Shown piece after piece: positions 9,741 to 20,741 of a stretch of DNA of 58,492 bases (within the stretch, counting starts at the first letter, position 1; each line of letters opens with the position of its first letter). Below the pieces are notes generated by a model, which saw only the letters and a list, made by a program, of their open reading frames with translations, made no database searches and was not told the DNA's origin. Source of the stretch: an uncultured Atopobium sp. (lineage in GTDB: Bacteria; Actinomycetota; Coriobacteriia; Coriobacteriales; Atopobiaceae); contig CALIZK010000032.1 of NCBI GenBank assembly GCA_938028635.1, positions 1 to 58,492 of the forward strand. The letters are read 5' to 3'. Both the position numbers and the translations under genes were made by a program.

Positions 9741-11445
9741 AGCAGGCCTCCAAAAGCTCATGCAATACGCTTACAAACAGCGGGCAATCAAGCTGCGCAG
9801 CCTCGTATATCTCTGGGGTTGTCTGCGCTTCTTGTACGTTGACGTCTGCAACAACACAGCCCTTCTCGAGAAACACTACTCTGTCAGCAAAAGGAAGCCA
9901 TTCACTTACATCGTGTGTGATTGCAAAAACCGCTTTGCCTTCGTTTGCCAGCTCACGAGCAAGATGCAGCACCTGCGAGCGCGCCTCACCATCAAGTCCA
10001 GACGTTGCCTCATCAAACACTACCGCGTACGTTGCGCAGGCCAGCGTTCCTGCAAGCGCTGCGCGACGAGCCTGGCCACCAGAAAGCGTCAACGGAGACG
10101 CGTCCATGACCCGCTGGTCAAGCCCCACACGTGCTGCCGCATACGCGACAAGCGCCTCAACATCGTCTGGCGAGAAACCCTTGTTAGTTGGACCAAACGC
10201 GATATCTTCAGCAACGCTTTGAGCAAAGAGTTGATCCTGGGGACGTTGGAAACACATGCCGACATCTCCAGGGCACACCAGTCGCGCATCGATTGTTGCG
10301 TGCCCAGTATCCGCCTCTATAAGACCAGCAGCTATGCGGGCGCAGGTTGTTTTTCCAGAGCCAGAAGCGCCTACCAGAACAACAAGCTCTCCCGTAGAGG
10401 AAATGGTTACGTCATGCAGAACGGGCTTGTCAAACGCGTGAGATACACCACAAACTGCCAGCTCGTGCTCCTCTCCAAGCGCCTGGATTCCGTCATAGTT
10501 GTTTGCTCGCACTACCTCAAGGGCGCGCTTATACACAAGGGTATCCAAAGCATCAAACGCAAGGTTATTCTGAACAAGAAACGCAACAAACTCTGATGCG
10601 TTAAAAGGCACATCAAACTTATAGCCAGCCTGTGCAGCTATATGCGCTGTTGCTGTGAGTGCATCATCAAAACCAGCGTTTGCGATTGCGTTTGCATCCA
10701 AGAGAAACTCCGTGGGAGTTCCCGACCAAACTAGCTGGCCTTTCTCCAAAACAAGTACCTGGTCAGCCCCGGGAAGAGACTCAAACGAATGAGAAATCTC
10801 AAGCATACCCATTCCGTTTGTAACAAGAGTGTTTACCAGGTTAGAAAGGTGATTTCTGAATCGAGTATCAAGCTGCGCAAATGCCTCATCAAGCACCAGA
10901 TAACGTGGATGCACTGAAAGTGCTGCTGCAATAGAAACAAGCTGCTGTTGGCCTCCAGAAAGCGTGTGGGTCGGCGCATCAATCAAATCGGCAATGCCAC
11001 AAAGCTCCAGTGCTTGAGTAACGCGAGAAACTATCTCTTCTTTTGGCAAACCAAGATTAGCAGGGCCAAAGGCAACTTCATCAAAGACAGTTGCACAAAC
11101 AAGCTGCGCTGTTGGATCTTGACGAACCATTCCCACAACGGAAGAAATCTGAGTAGACGGCACTACAGCAACTGAATTGCCGTCTACTAAAACCTCTCCG
11201 GATAGAGGAAAAAGTGACGCATTACAAAGATTTGCAAGCGTTGACTTGCCTGAACCATTGTGGCCAAGCACAACCGTTCTAGAGCCCGGCTTTAGGGTAA
11301 ATGAAACGTTATCAAGAGTTAGTGCCATTGGGTGCGGAGATTGGCTCTCAGTGGCTCCTATGGCATCTTCAGAAGTAGAGAAAGTCATAGATTGTGGTGT
11401 AGCTGACGTACTGTATACGAAAGATACGTTTTTGAACTCAATCAT
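9733..11445 (-). CDS. ecfA: ECF transporter ATPase with two fused ABC domains
   Basis: Two Walker A motifs (GHNGSGKS, GASGSGKT), two LSGGQ signatures, AFGPxN motifs. Confidence 0.9.
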   Translation of the reverse strand: MIEFKNVSFVYSTSATPQSMTFSTSEDAIGATESQSPHPMALTLDNVSFTLKPGSRTVVLGHNGSGKSTLANLCNASLFPLSGEVLVDGNSVAVVPSTQISSVVGMVRQDPTAQLVCATVFDEVAFGPANLGLPKEEIVSRVTQALELCGIADLIDAPTHTLSGGQQQLVSIAAALSVHPRYLVLDEAFAQLDTRFRNHLSNLVNTLVTNGMGMLEISHSFESLPGADQVLVLEKGQLVWSGTPTEFLLDANAIANAGFDDALTATAHIAAQAGYKFDVPFNASEFVAFLVQNNLAFDALDTLVYKRALEVVRANNYDGIQALGEEHELAVCGVSHAFDKPVLHDVTISSTGELVVLVGASGSGKTTCARIAAGLIEADTGHATIDARLVCPGDVGMCFQRPQDQLFAQSVAEDIAFGPTNKGFSPDDVEALVAYAAARVGLDQRVMDASPLTLSGGQARRAALAGTLACATYAVVFDEATSGLDGEARSQVLHLARELANEGKAVFAITHDVSEWLPFADRVVFLEKGCVVADVNVQEAQTTPEIYEAAQLDCPLFVSVLHELLEACYV

Positions 11446-11464
11446 GACAACCCTCCTTTATTTG

Positions 11465-11498
11465 AAAAAGAGGTCCCAGCAAAAAGCCAGGACCTCTT
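11465..11498 (-). terminator. Terminator of the alpha operon
   Basis: AAGAGGTCC...GGACCTCTT stem with a T-tail on the minus strand. Confidence 0.75.
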
Positions 11499-11518
11499 CA
11501 GATTCACTTTGACAGAAG

Positions 11519-12004
11519 TTACTCTGCAGCCTCTTCGGTCTGCTCGGTCTCCTCTGCTGGAGCCTCGGTCTCCTCTTCCTTTACAGGAGCAGGAGCAACC
11601 TTGGTAGCCTTAGCCTTCTTGTTAGAAGCCTTTGGCTGAACTGGCTCGGTAACGAGCTCAAGGATAACAACCTCAGAAGCATCGCCCTTACGAGGACCAA
11701 GCTTCATGATACGGGTGTAGCCGCCGTTGCGGTCAGCCCACATACCCTGAGCAGCCTTGTCAAATACCTCACGGACAAGCTCTGCGTTACCAACCTTGGC
11801 CATAGCAAGACGACGAGCGTGAAGGTCGCCGCGCTTTGCCCAAGTGATGACCTTGTCGACCTCGCCGCGAACTGCCTTAGCGCGGACGTCAAGAGTCTTA
11901 ATACGATCGTTAGTGAAAAGGGCTTGGATCAGGCTCTTCTTGATGGCCTTGGTGTGGCTAGCATCAGTACCAAGCTTCATGCCCCTCTTCTTATTGTGCC
12001 TCAT
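11519..12004 (-). CDS. rplQ: 50S ribosomal protein L17
   Basis: MRH start, RNGGYTRI motif, acidic tail. Confidence 0.97.
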   Translation of the reverse strand: MRHNKKRGMKLGTDASHTKAIKKSLIQALFTNDRIKTLDVRAKAVRGEVDKVITWAKRGDLHARRLAMAKVGNAELVREVFDKAAQGMWADRNGGYTRIMKLGPRKGDASEVVILELVTEPVQPKASNKKAKATKVAPAPVKEEETEAPAEETEQTEEAAE

Positions 12005-12037
12005 AATTTACATTCTCCTATGCGTGACAAGGCGCGA

Positions 12038-12979
12038 CTAAGCCTTAAGGGACAGGCCCATGCTCTCGAGCTTTTCCTTGACTTCTTCAATAGACTTAAC
12101 ACCAAAGTTTCTGATGTTGAGAAGATCGTTCTCAGAGAAATCAACGAGCTGACGGACAGAGTGAATTCCTGCACGCTTGAGGCAGTTGTAAGAACGGACG
12201 GAAAGGTCCAAATCCTCAACCTGCTTCTCAAGCTCGGAATCGTCCTCGACGTCTGCCTTAGCAAAAATCGAAGCCTCTTCCTGAGTCTCGTCAAAATCAG
12301 TAAGTCCCATGAATGCGCTCATGTGCTGGTTAATGATGTTTGCAGCCTCAACGACAGCCTCGCGAGGGCTGATTGCACCATTGGTCTCAACCTCAAGCAC
12401 CAGACGATCATAGTCGGTGTGACGGCCAACACGGCAAGGCTCAACAGCCTTAGCGCAGCGGCGAACTGGCGAGAAGATCGAGTCAACGTGAATGAATCCA
12501 ATTGGATCGCTCTCACGCTCGTTATCCTCACCGGAAACATAACCGCGACCATTACCAAGGCGAAGTCTCATGGAAAGATGAGCTCCCTCAGCAAGAGTGC
12601 AAATGTGCTGAGCTGGGTTAACCAGCTCGTAGCCCATAGGAACATCAAGATCAGCACCAGAGACTTTGCAAGGACCATCAACAGAGATGGAAGCCTCAGC
12701 CTCATCAGAGTTGTTGGTGTTGCGGAAAACTAGGCCCTTAACGTTCAGAACGATGTCAGTAACGTCCTCATAGACGCCTTCAACCGTAGTGAACTCATGC
12801 TGAACGCCATCAATCTGGATGGCCTCAACCGCAGCTCCCTCAAGAGAGGAAAGCAGTACGCGGCGGAGGGAGTTGCCAAGCGTGTCACCATAGCCACGCT
12901 CAAGCGGCTCTACGCTCACACGAGCGACGTTTGCGCCGATTTCATCTACCGACACGTTTGGTCGGATAAATTCGGACAT
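12038..12979 (-). CDS. rpoA: RNA polymerase alpha subunit
   Basis: EPLERGYGDTLGNSLRRVLLSS; CTD LSVRSYNCLKRAGI. Confidence 0.98.
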   Translation of the reverse strand: MSEFIRPNVSVDEIGANVARVSVEPLERGYGDTLGNSLRRVLLSSLEGAAVEAIQIDGVQHEFTTVEGVYEDVTDIVLNVKGLVFRNTNNSDEAEASISVDGPCKVSGADLDVPMGYELVNPAQHICTLAEGAHLSMRLRLGNGRGYVSGEDNERESDPIGFIHVDSIFSPVRRCAKAVEPCRVGRHTDYDRLVLEVETNGAISPREAVVEAANIINQHMSAFMGLTDFDETQEEASIFAKADVEDDSELEKQVEDLDLSVRSYNCLKRAGIHSVRQLVDFSENDLLNIRNFGVKSIEEVKEKLESMGLSLKA

Positions 12980-13003
12980 TGCTACCTCCAAAACGGGTCG
13001 GGC

Positions 13004-13597
13004 TTACTTGGAGTAGAGCTCGACGATCAGCTGTGCGTCAATCTCAAGGTCGATCTGATCGCGGGTTGGAAGCTGAAGAACAGTGCCCTGCAGCTTCTCA
13101 ATGTCAACCTCAAGCCATGCAGGAACTGCCATGTGCTCGGAGGAAATGAGAGCTTCCTTGATTGGAAGAAGATCCTTTGCCTTGGAAGCAACAGCGATAA
13201 CATCGCCGCTCTTTACGCGATAAGAAGGAATGTCAACGCGCTGACCGTTAACGGTGATGTGACCGTGACGGACAGTCTGACGAGCCTCTTTACGTGTACG
13301 AGCAAAGCCAAGGCGGAAGATGACGTTGTCAAGACGAGTCTCAAGGATGCTCATCAGGTTGTCACCAGTAATGCCTGGGTTCTTCTTAGCCATCTCATAG
13401 TAACCGTGGAACTGGTTCTCAAGGACGCCGTAAATGAACTTAGCCTTCTGCTTCTCACGGAGCTGCATACCGTACTCGCTCTCCTGGCGGCGACGGCGAC
13501 GTGGCTCACGGTTAGAAGTCTTATTGATCCCCATCACAACGGGATCGATGCCAAGCTGACGACATCTTTTAAGGACCGGGGTCCTATCAATTGCCAT
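13004..13597 (-). CDS. rpsD: 30S ribosomal protein S4
   Basis: SEYGMQLREKQK, LETRLDN, IVELYSK. Confidence 0.98.
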   Translation of the reverse strand: MAIDRTPVLKRCRQLGIDPVVMGINKTSNREPRRRRRQESEYGMQLREKQKAKFIYGVLENQFHGYYEMAKKNPGITGDNLMSILETRLDNVIFRLGFARTRKEARQTVRHGHITVNGQRVDIPSYRVKSGDVIAVASKAKDLLPIKEALISSEHMAVPAWLEVDIEKLQGTVLQLPTRDQIDLEIDAQLIVELYSK

Positions 13598-13614
13598 TTG
13601 CTTGTCCTTTCGTG

Positions 13615-14016
13615 CTAGTTGCGACGGCGCTTTTTAGGACGGCAGCCGTTGTGTGCAATAGGTGTCTTATCCTGAATACCCGAAACCTCGAGGCCTGCTG
13701 CCTGAAGGGAACGGATTGCGGTCTCGCGACCAGAGCCTGGGCCCTTAACAAAAACAGCTACCTTGTGGAGACCGTGCTCCATTGCTGCCTTTGCTGCTGC
13801 CTCTGCTGCAAGCTGTGCAGCAAAAGGAGTGGACTTACGAGAGCCCTTGAAGCCGACGGTACCACCGGACTGCCAGGAAATTACATTACCCTGGGGATCG
13901 GAAATAGAGACAATCGTGTTATTGAATGTGCTCTTGATGTGGGCCTGGCCCACTGCAATGTTTTTACGCTCGGAGCGGCGGACGCGTGTAGTGCGAGCGT
14001 TCTTTTTCTGTGCCAT
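13615..14016 (-). CDS. rpsK: 30S ribosomal protein S11
   Basis: [20 protein letters not shown]. Confidence 0.98.
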   Translation of the reverse strand: MAQKKNARTTRVRRSERKNIAVGQAHIKSTFNNTIVSISDPQGNVISWQSGGTVGFKGSRKSTPFAAQLAAEAAAKAAMEHGLHKVAVFVKGPGSGRETAIRSLQAAGLEVSGIQDKTPIAHNGCRPKKRRRN

Positions 14017-14030
14017 TAGCTACTCCTCGC

Positions 14031-14399
14031 CTACTTCTTCTTGCCGCCCACCTGACGCTTCTTACCCTTACGAGTACGAGCGTTAGTGTGGGTACGCTGA
14101 CCGTGGACAGGGAGGCCCTTGCGGTGACGGAGGCCGCGGTAGCAGCCAATCTCCATCAGGCGGGCAACATTTTGACGCACCTCGCGGCGAAGATCGCCCT
14201 CGGTGGTGTAATGAGCGTCAATAAAGTCACGAATCTTAGTGACTTCTTCCTCTGTGAGGTCCTTGACGCGAGTATTTACATCGATACCAGTCTCGTTGCA
14301 AATCTTGGTTGCACGAGTCTGACCAATGCCGTAAAGATAGGTGAGTCCGACCTCAACACGCTTATCGCGTGGCAGGTCGACGCCGTTAATACGGGCCAA
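14031..14399 (-). CDS. rpsM: 30S ribosomal protein S13
   Basis: [25 protein letters not shown] start. Confidence 0.98.
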   Translation of the reverse strand: MARINGVDLPRDKRVEVGLTYLYGIGQTRATKICNETGIDVNTRVKDLTEEEVTKIRDFIDAHYTTEGDLRREVRQNVARLMEIGCYRGLRHRKGLPVHGQRTHTNARTRKGKKRQVGGKKK

Positions 14400-14414
14400 C
14401 TTGGTGCTCCTTCC

Positions 14415-14528
14415 TTAGCCCTGACGCTGCTTGTGGCGCGGGTTCTCGCAAATCACGTAAACCTTACCGTGGCGACGGATGACTTTGCACTTGTCGCACA
14501 TCTTCTTTACCGAAGGACGTACCTTCAT
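14415..14528 (-). CDS. rpmJ: 50S ribosomal protein L36
   Basis: Hand translation [37 protein letters not shown] (not in the ORF track). Confidence 0.97.
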   Translation of the reverse strand: MKVRPSVKKMCDKCKVIRRHGKVYVICENPRHKQRQG

Positions 14529-14674
14529 GTGTCTTCCTTTCGGTTCTGCTGATACGAACTATATACTCGCCCAGCCGCTGGCGTGAAATACCGACTGTAC
14601 TTACGTACATATGCCCTTGCAACGTGCGCAAAGACACAGATAGCCTCATGCATGGCACAAGACTTTTGCATTAC

Positions 14675-14893
14675 TTACTTATAACGGTAGGTAATGCGAC
14701 CCCTGGTAAGATCGTAAGGAGAAATCTCTACTACAACCTTGTCACCAGGGAGAATTCGAATGTAATTCATTCGAATCTTACCTGAGATGGTGCAAAGGAT
14801 GGTCTTGCCGTTCTCTAACTCAACGTTAAACATAGCGTTTGGCAGGGGTTCTAGTACCTTGCCTTCAAGCTCAATCGCGTCTTGTTTAGCCAA
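14675..14893 (-). CDS. infA: Translation initiation factor IF-1
   Basis: [32 protein letters not shown]. Confidence 0.98.
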   Translation of the reverse strand: MAKQDAIELEGKVLEPLPNAMFNVELENGKTILCTISGKIRMNYIRILPGDKVVVEISPYDLTRGRITYRYK

Positions 14894-15006
14894 CTTTCAT
14901 CCTCTCGACACATCGACAGCGGTTATCAATAATACATAAAAATGTGCCACTCGTCTATCACTTATTTTTTCAACACAATTAGATAGCGAGAAGAACTATG
15001 TATTAG

Positions 15007-15795
15007 TTACTCTATGCCACCTTGCATCTCGCACCATGGACCAACTTCGTCTTCGGAGACGATAACAGGACCATCGGCAGTAATAGCAACGGTGTTCTCA
15101 TAATGTGCTGATGGCAGGCCGTCATCGGTAACAACGGTCCAACCATTTTCAAGAACGGTGCAATCGTAGGTACCCATGGCAATCATTGGCTCAATTGCAA
15201 TTACCATTCCCTCACGAAGAACAATGCCATTACCTGCACGACCATAATTTCTGACCTCTGGATCCTCGTGAAGATTACGGCCAATACCATGGCCAACAAA
15301 ATCACGAATGACACCATAGCCGTTATCCTCAGCAAGTTTCTGAACTGCATGTCCAACATCGCCAAGGCGAGCGCCAGGAACAGCAGCTGCAATACCTGCC
15401 TTAAGGCAATCGCGCGTAACCTCACAAAGTGCCTGGGTTTTCTCGTCAACAGTTCCGCAGTAGAACGTCCAAGCGTTATCTCCTGCCCAACCGTTAACGG
15501 TAGCGCCTGTATCAATGGTCAGAATATCGCCATCTTGCAAAATGACGTTAGCTGATGGAATACCGTGAACAATCTGCTCGTTAATAGAAGAGCAAACAGA
15601 TCCAGGGAATCCACCGTAGCCCTTAAAAGTAGGGGTTCCGCCATGAAGCCTAATAAAAGCTTCTACAGCGCGGTCAATCTCAAGCGTTGAAACACCAGGT
15701 CTAATCATGGATCCAGCACGGCGAAGGGCAGCCTTAGAAAGGGCGCCCGACACCTTCATTGCCTCGATTTGCTCAGGTGTTTTTATGGTAATCAT
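15007..15795 (-). CDS. map: Methionine aminopeptidase type I
   Basis: VHGIP, GHGIG, AIEPM and HYENT motifs. Confidence 0.97.
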   Translation of the reverse strand: MITIKTPEQIEAMKVSGALSKAALRRAGSMIRPGVSTLEIDRAVEAFIRLHGGTPTFKGYGGFPGSVCSSINEQIVHGIPSANVILQDGDILTIDTGATVNGWAGDNAWTFYCGTVDEKTQALCEVTRDCLKAGIAAAVPGARLGDVGHAVQKLAEDNGYGVIRDFVGHGIGRNLHEDPEVRNYGRAGNGIVLREGMVIAIEPMIAMGTYDCTVLENGWTVVTDDGLPSAHYENTVAITADGPVIVSEDEVGPWCEMQGGIE

Positions 15796-16418
15796 AGTGC
15801 GAGGAGCGTCTTAACGTCGGCGAATACCTCGTCAACAGGACGATCTCCGTTGACCTCCTTCAGAATTCCATGACCCTTGTAGTACTCGATCAAAGGAGAA
15901 GTCTGGTTCTCGTATACATCAAGACGCTTACGAATAGTTTCTGGCTTATCGTCATCACGCTGATACATCTCACCAGAGCAATTAGGGCAAGTCTCTGTAC
16001 CAGCTGGTGCGGTGTAACCACACTCTTTGCAGGTGCGACGAGAAGAAAGACGCTCAACAATAACTTCTGGCTCAACAGCAACAAGTAGAGCTGCATCAAG
16101 CTTGAGGCCCATGTTCTGAAGCTCAGAATCAAGGGTTACTGCCTGAGCGGTGTTGCGTGGGAAGCCGTCAAGAATGAAGCCTGCTTTTGCGTCATCTGCA
16201 GAAAGACGCTCTTTTACCAGGTCAATGACAAGCTGGTCTGGAACAAGCTGACCAGCATCCATATACTCTTTAGCCTTAATGCCAAGCTCAGACTGAGCTT
16301 TAACAGCAGCACGAAGAAGGTCACCGGTTGAGATGTGAGCAAGTCCATACTCTGCAACGAGCTTCTGAGCCTGTGTACCCTTGCCAGCGCCAGGTGCGCC
16401 GAGAAGAACAATGTTCAT
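15792..16418 (-). CDS. adk: Adenylate kinase
   Basis: GAPGAGKGTQ, LDGFPR, Zn-lid CxxC..CxxC. Confidence 0.97.
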   Translation of the reverse strand: MNIVLLGAPGAGKGTQAQKLVAEYGLAHISTGDLLRAAVKAQSELGIKAKEYMDAGQLVPDQLVIDLVKERLSADDAKAGFILDGFPRNTAQAVTLDSELQNMGLKLDAALLVAVEPEVIVERLSSRRTCKECGYTAPAGTETCPNCSGEMYQRDDDKPETIRKRLDVYENQTSPLIEYYKGHGILKEVNGDRPVDEVFADVKTLLAL

Positions 16419-16441
16419 GCTTCGCCTTCCTTTCAAATAAT

Positions 16442-16468
16442 AAAAGGGGCCTGTTTCCAGGCCCCTTT
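16442..16468 (-). terminator. Hairpin/terminator between secY and adk
   Basis: AAAGGGGCCTG-TTTC-CAGGCCCCTTT. Confidence 0.7.
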
Positions 16469-16485
16469 ATGCTACGTATTAAGAA

Positions 16486-17766
16486 CTACTTAAAGAAGCC
16501 CTCATAGTTGTGCATCTTAAGGTGGGACTCAATGGAAGAGAGTGTATCCATTGCAACACCGACCATAATCAGGACGGAAGTTCCACCAAACGCCTGTATC
16601 AACGAATCTCCCGTGAACCAGAAAATGATGGTTGGGACGATTGCAAGAACTGCCATAAAGATAGCACCGGGGAGGGTGACTCTGTCAATAACAGTCTTGA
16701 TATACGTTGAAGTAGCAGTACCTGGACGAACACCAGGAATAAAGCCACCCTGCTTCTTAAGCTGGTCTGCTGTCTCCTCTGGATTAAACACCATTGAGGT
16801 GTAGAAGTATGCAAAGAAGACAATGAACATAACTGAGAGAACCCAGTTAACCCATCCAGAAGAAAGTGAAGTAGCAAGATTTTGAATCCACTCTACTCCT
16901 GGGAAGAACACAGCAACCTGAGCAGGAAGGTACAGGATTGCAGATGCAAAGATGATTGGTACAACGCCTGCAGTGTTTACCTTAATTGGAAGGTACGTTG
17001 ACTGACCACCCATCATACGACGACCAACAACGCGCTTGGCGTAGTTGATAGGAATACGACGCTGACCACGCTCAATGTAAACAATGAGCGGAATAATAGC
17101 GAGCATAACCACAACAGTAACAACGGTAAGAACAATGTTTCCACGAGTAGTTACTGAAGAAATAAGGGCTGTTGGAAGTCCAGCCATGATGTTTGCAAAG
17201 ATGATAAGACTCATTCCGTTGCCAACACCCTGCTGAGTAATAACCTCACCGAGCCACATAATAATGATGGCACCAACTAGCATGGTAAAGACTACCAGGA
17301 AGTTTTCAAGTGCCTCAGGCACGCCCTCCATAGATGCAAAAGATACACCATAGCTCTTAAACAAGAACAGGTAACCAACTGCATTGAGCAGAGCCAAGCC
17401 AACCGTAAGATAACGCGTGTACTGCGTAATCTTACGCTGGCCGCTCTCACCATCTTTAGCAAGCTCGCCAAGAGATGGAATAACGGACTGCATCATCTGG
17501 AAGATGATCTGAGCCGTAATGTAAGGCATGATGCCCAGACTGAAAACAGACATGCGAGAAAGAGCGCCACCCGAAAATAGGTTAAGCACGGCCATTGCGC
17601 CATTCTTAGCAAGACCATTCTGATAAACAGAAAGCATCTCTTGGAATGGAGCACCGGGCACAGGAAGATACGCACCAAAACGATACAGAAGAAGAATCAG
17701 TACCGTAAGGAGAATCTTTCCCCTTAGTTCCGGAACACGAAATGCGTTGGCGATTCCTTTACTCAC
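16486..17766 (-). CDS. secY: Preprotein translocase SecY
   Basis: SLGIMPYITA, GNGMSLIIF, FIPGVRPG, GGTSVLI. Confidence 0.98.
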   Translation of the reverse strand: MSKGIANAFRVPELRGKILLTVLILLLYRFGAYLPVPGAPFQEMLSVYQNGLAKNGAMAVLNLFSGGALSRMSVFSLGIMPYITAQIIFQMMQSVIPSLGELAKDGESGQRKITQYTRYLTVGLALLNAVGYLFLFKSYGVSFASMEGVPEALENFLVVFTMLVGAIIIMWLGEVITQQGVGNGMSLIIFANIMAGLPTALISSVTTRGNIVLTVVTVVVMLAIIPLIVYIERGQRRIPINYAKRVVGRRMMGGQSTYLPIKVNTAGVVPIIFASAILYLPAQVAVFFPGVEWIQNLATSLSSGWVNWVLSVMFIVFFAYFYTSMVFNPEETADQLKKQGGFIPGVRPGTATSTYIKTVIDRVTLPGAIFMAVLAIVPTIIFWFTGDSLIQAFGGTSVLIMVGVAMDTLSSIESHLKMHNYEGFFK

Positions 17767-18212
17767 TACTCGGCCTCAACCTTTCCACCGGCCGCCTCGA
17801 TCTTAGCCTTTGCGGAGGCGGAAACCTTGTCGACCTTAACAGTGAGCTTCTTAGAAAGCTCGCCATCACCCAGAACCTTGACTGGGATGAAGTTGTACTT
17901 AATAACTCCCTTAGCAACCAGAGCCTCTGCGTCTACGGTCTCGCCATCTGCAAAGAGTGCATTCAGACGAGCAACGTTGACTGGAGCGTACTCAACACGG
18001 TTGTGGTTAGTAAAACCAGGAAGCTTAGGGAGACGCATAGCCAGTGGCTGCTGTCCACCCTCGAAGCCAGCGCCCTTACCGCCACCAGAGCGGGAGAGCT
18101 GACCATTCATACCGCGGCCGGCAAAAGTACCATTGCCTGAAGAATTACCGCGACCTACGCGCTTACGATTTTTGCGCGAACCCACTGCGGGGCGAAGATC
18201 ATTGAGCTGCAT
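17766..18212 (-). CDS. rplO: 50S ribosomal protein L15
   Basis: RVGRG, FEGGQ, IEAAGG. Confidence 0.98.
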   Translation of the reverse strand: MQLNDLRPAVGSRKNRKRVGRGNSSGNGTFAGRGMNGQLSRSGGGKGAGFEGGQQPLAMRLPKLPGFTNHNRVEYAPVNVARLNALFADGETVDAEALVAKGVIKYNFIPVKVLGDGELSKKLTVKVDKVSASAKAKIEAAGGKVEAE

Positions 18213-18223
18213 TATTACTACCT

Positions 18224-18409
18224 CTAGTTCTCTTCAACCTCGACAAGGTGCTTAACCTTGAAGATCATTCCACGAATGCTTGGGTTGTCAGGCTGCTCGA
18301 CGGTATCGCCGATCTTGTGGAGGCCGAGGGCCTTCACCGTAGCAGTCTGGTCCTTCTTGACGCCTGCGACAGCGCCACGGACAAGCTTGATGCTAAGGTT
18401 CTTAGCCAT
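18224..18409 (-). CDS. rpmD: 50S ribosomal protein L30
   Basis: [16 protein letters not shown]; synteny. Confidence 0.97.
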   Translation of the reverse strand: MAKNLSIKLVRGAVAGVKKDQTATVKALGLHKIGDTVEQPDNPSIRGMIFKVKHLVEVEEN

Positions 18410-18411
18410 CG

Positions 18412-18933
18412 TTAGTTCTCCTTTCCGACGAACATATCGCCGACGGTTAGGCCACGACGCTCAGCTGCTTCTTCTGGGCTGGAAAGCTCCTTCAGACCCT
18501 CAGCTGCTGCCTTAATCATGTTCAGAGCGTTGTCGGTACCAAGGGACTTAGAAAGTACATTGGTGATACCTGCAAGCTCGAAGAGTGGACGAATAGGACC
18601 GCCAGCAATAACACCAGTACCCTCGAATGCAGGCTTAATAAGAACAGAGCCTGCACCGTAGTGACCAGTGACTGCGTGTGGTACGGAACCAGTCTCGGTC
18701 AGTGGGACCTTGAACATGTTCCTCTTTGCGTCCTCGACGCCCTTCTGAATTGCCAGAGGTACCTCAGCGGAACGACCCTGGCCAATACCAACGTTACCCT
18801 TACCGTCGCCAACGACTACCAGAGCAACGAGTGACATACGGCGGCCACCCTTAACGGTCTTGGAAACGCGGTGAATATAAACGACGCGCTCCTGAAGATC
18901 CGTATCCTGCTGGCGCTTACGATCACGTGCCAT
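18412..18933 (-). CDS. rpsE: 30S ribosomal protein S5
   Basis: [18 protein letters not shown]. Confidence 0.98.
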   Translation of the reverse strand: MARDRKRQQDTDLQERVVYIHRVSKTVKGGRRMSLVALVVVGDGKGNVGIGQGRSAEVPLAIQKGVEDAKRNMFKVPLTETGSVPHAVTGHYGAGSVLIKPAFEGTGVIAGGPIRPLFELAGITNVLSKSLGTDNALNMIKAAAEGLKELSSPEEAAERRGLTVGDMFVGKEN

Positions 18934-18942
18934 TGAATCCTC

Positions 18943-19311
18943 CTAGAACTTCAGGCCCGCGTTGCGGGCGCCATCTGCCAAAGCCTTGACGCGGCCGTGA
19001 TAGAGACGGCCACCACGGTCAAAAGTGACCTCAGTGACGTTCTTCTCGGCAGCGCGCTTACCGATAAGCTCACCTACGAACTCAGCCGCCTCCTTGTTGG
19101 AGCCAACCTTGCCAGTAGAACGGAACTCTGGGTCAAGCGTAGAGGCAGAGCAGAGAGTTCTTCCAGAAGCGTCGTCAATAAGCTGTGCATAAATGTTTGC
19201 GTTTGTGCGGTGAACTGCAAGACGCGGACGCTCAGGTGTACCAAAGACCTTGGCACGTACGCGGCGCTTGCGGCGTTCAAGACCCGCCTTTTTCGCCTGC
19301 TGCTTGTTCAT
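18943..19311 (-). CDS. rplR: 50S ribosomal protein L18
   Basis: [21 protein letters not shown]. Confidence 0.98.
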   Translation of the reverse strand: MNKQQAKKAGLERRKRRVRAKVFGTPERPRLAVHRTNANIYAQLIDDASGRTLCSASTLDPEFRSTGKVGSNKEAAEFVGELIGKRAAEKNVTEVTFDRGGRLYHGRVKALADGARNAGLKF

Positions 19312-19379
19312 TCCTTCTCCTTAGAGACATGCCATCACCTAACGGGGTGATGGTCTTTTAGCCTAAAAGTAGGGTTGCT

Positions 19380-19916
19380 TTACTTAGCAGCCTTACCGAG
19401 CTTCCTGCGGATGTGCTCACCTTCGTAGTGAATGCCCTTGCCCTTGTAAGGCTCTGGTGGACGCTTCATACGAATCTCAGCTGCAACCTGGCCGACCTTC
19501 TCCTTAGAAATACCCTTAACGGTAAGGTGAGTGTTATCAGGTACCTCAAAGCTAATGCCCTCAGGTGCAACATAGAGAACTGGGTGAGAATAACCAAGGG
19601 AAAGGTCAAGATCCTTGCCCTTAAGTGCTACACGATAACCAACGCCAGTGAGCTCAAGCTTCTTCTCGAAGCCCTCAGAGACGCCAACAACCATGTTGTG
19701 GATAAGGGTGCGGACAAGACCCTGCTGAGCGTTGGACTCAGAGGACTCGTCAACGCGAGTAACGAGAATCTCCTCGCCCTCCTGAGCGATAGCAACCAGC
19801 TCAGAGAAAGTACGAGTCAGCTCGCCCTTAGAACCCTTAACGGTAACGGTGGTGTTATCAACTGTCACAGTGACTCCAGCAGGAATCTGGACAGGCTTCT
19901 TACCAATACGAGACAC
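19380..19916 (-). CDS. rplF: 50S ribosomal protein L6
   Basis: SRIGKKP, PEPYKGKGI. Confidence 0.98.
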   Translation of the reverse strand: MSRIGKKPVQIPAGVTVTVDNTTVTVKGSKGELTRTFSELVAIAQEGEEILVTRVDESSESNAQQGLVRTLIHNMVVGVSEGFEKKLELTGVGYRVALKGKDLDLSLGYSHPVLYVAPEGISFEVPDNTHLTVKGISKEKVGQVAAEIRMKRPPEPYKGKGIHYEGEHIRRKLGKAAK

Positions 19917-19943
19917 GGCTGTCTCCTTTCATTCCTGTCAGAT

Positions 19944-20342
19944 TTACCAAACGTAAGCGATGACCTCGCCGCCAACGCCAGCCTTGCGAGCGTCGCGGTC
20001 GCACATCATGCCCTTAGAAGTGGAAACCACTGCAGTACCAAGACCACCAAGAACGCGTGGAAGCTTCTCAGCGGTGGAGTAAATGCGCAGACCAGGCTTG
20101 GAAATGCGACGAATGCCGCGGATAACCTTAGCGCGCTTCTTACCATACTTAAGGGTGATGTGAAGAGTCTTCTGAGGCTTAGTATCCTCAACGGTGTAAC
20201 TCTCGACATAGCCCTCTTCGGTGATGACGCGAGCAATCTCAACGAGCACCTTGCTCGATGGCATGGATACGGAATCCTTGCCAGCTGAGTTTGCGTTACG
20301 AATACGCGTCAGCATGTCTGAAATGGGATCGGTAATTTTCAT
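19944..20342 (-). CDS. rpsH: 30S ribosomal protein S8
   Basis: [29 protein letters not shown]. Confidence 0.98.
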   Translation of the reverse strand: MKITDPISDMLTRIRNANSAGKDSVSMPSSKVLVEIARVITEEGYVESYTVEDTKPQKTLHITLKYGKKRAKVIRGIRRISKPGLRIYSTAEKLPRVLGGLGTAVVSTSKGMMCDRDARKAGVGGEVIAYVW

Positions 20343-20431
20343 TTGATCCTTCTCCTTCGTTAATGATGAAACTGCGTGTCTGGTTCATCTACACCCGTGG
20401 CGCAGATGCCTTGACGCCAGAGCCCTGAGTC

Positions 20432-20617
20432 CTACCAGCTTGCCTTGCGGACACCAGGAAGCTCGCCCTTGCTCGCTAGCTCACGGAAGCACACACGGCA
20501 CAGACCAAACTTGCGGTAAACGGAGTGGGGACGTCCACAACGCTGGCAACGGTTCTGTGTACGCGTAGAGTACTTCGGCTCACGCGAGGCTTTGACGATC
20601 ATCGAAGTCTTAGCCAC
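20432..20617 (-). CDS. rpsN: 30S ribosomal protein S14, zinc-binding type Z
   Basis: 61 aa from [26 protein letters not shown]. Confidence 0.96.
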   Translation of the reverse strand: MAKTSMIVKASREPKYSTRTQNRCQRCGRPHSVYRKFGLCRVCFRELASKGELPGVRKASW

Positions 20618-20741
20618 AAATCCTCCTTCAAAATGCAACTTGGCGAACGCCAAGATGACTTCAAACAATAGTGCTGGTGACTATGTCACCCGGCATCAAA
20701 GATGCCAACAGGAATGCGCTTAATTTAAGCGCAGGTAAAAG

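Noticed and set aside
7938..11445. ecfA-ecfT-truA after rplQ as a novel system
   Set aside because: Well-known conserved gene order, and fused double-ATPase EcfA proteins are common
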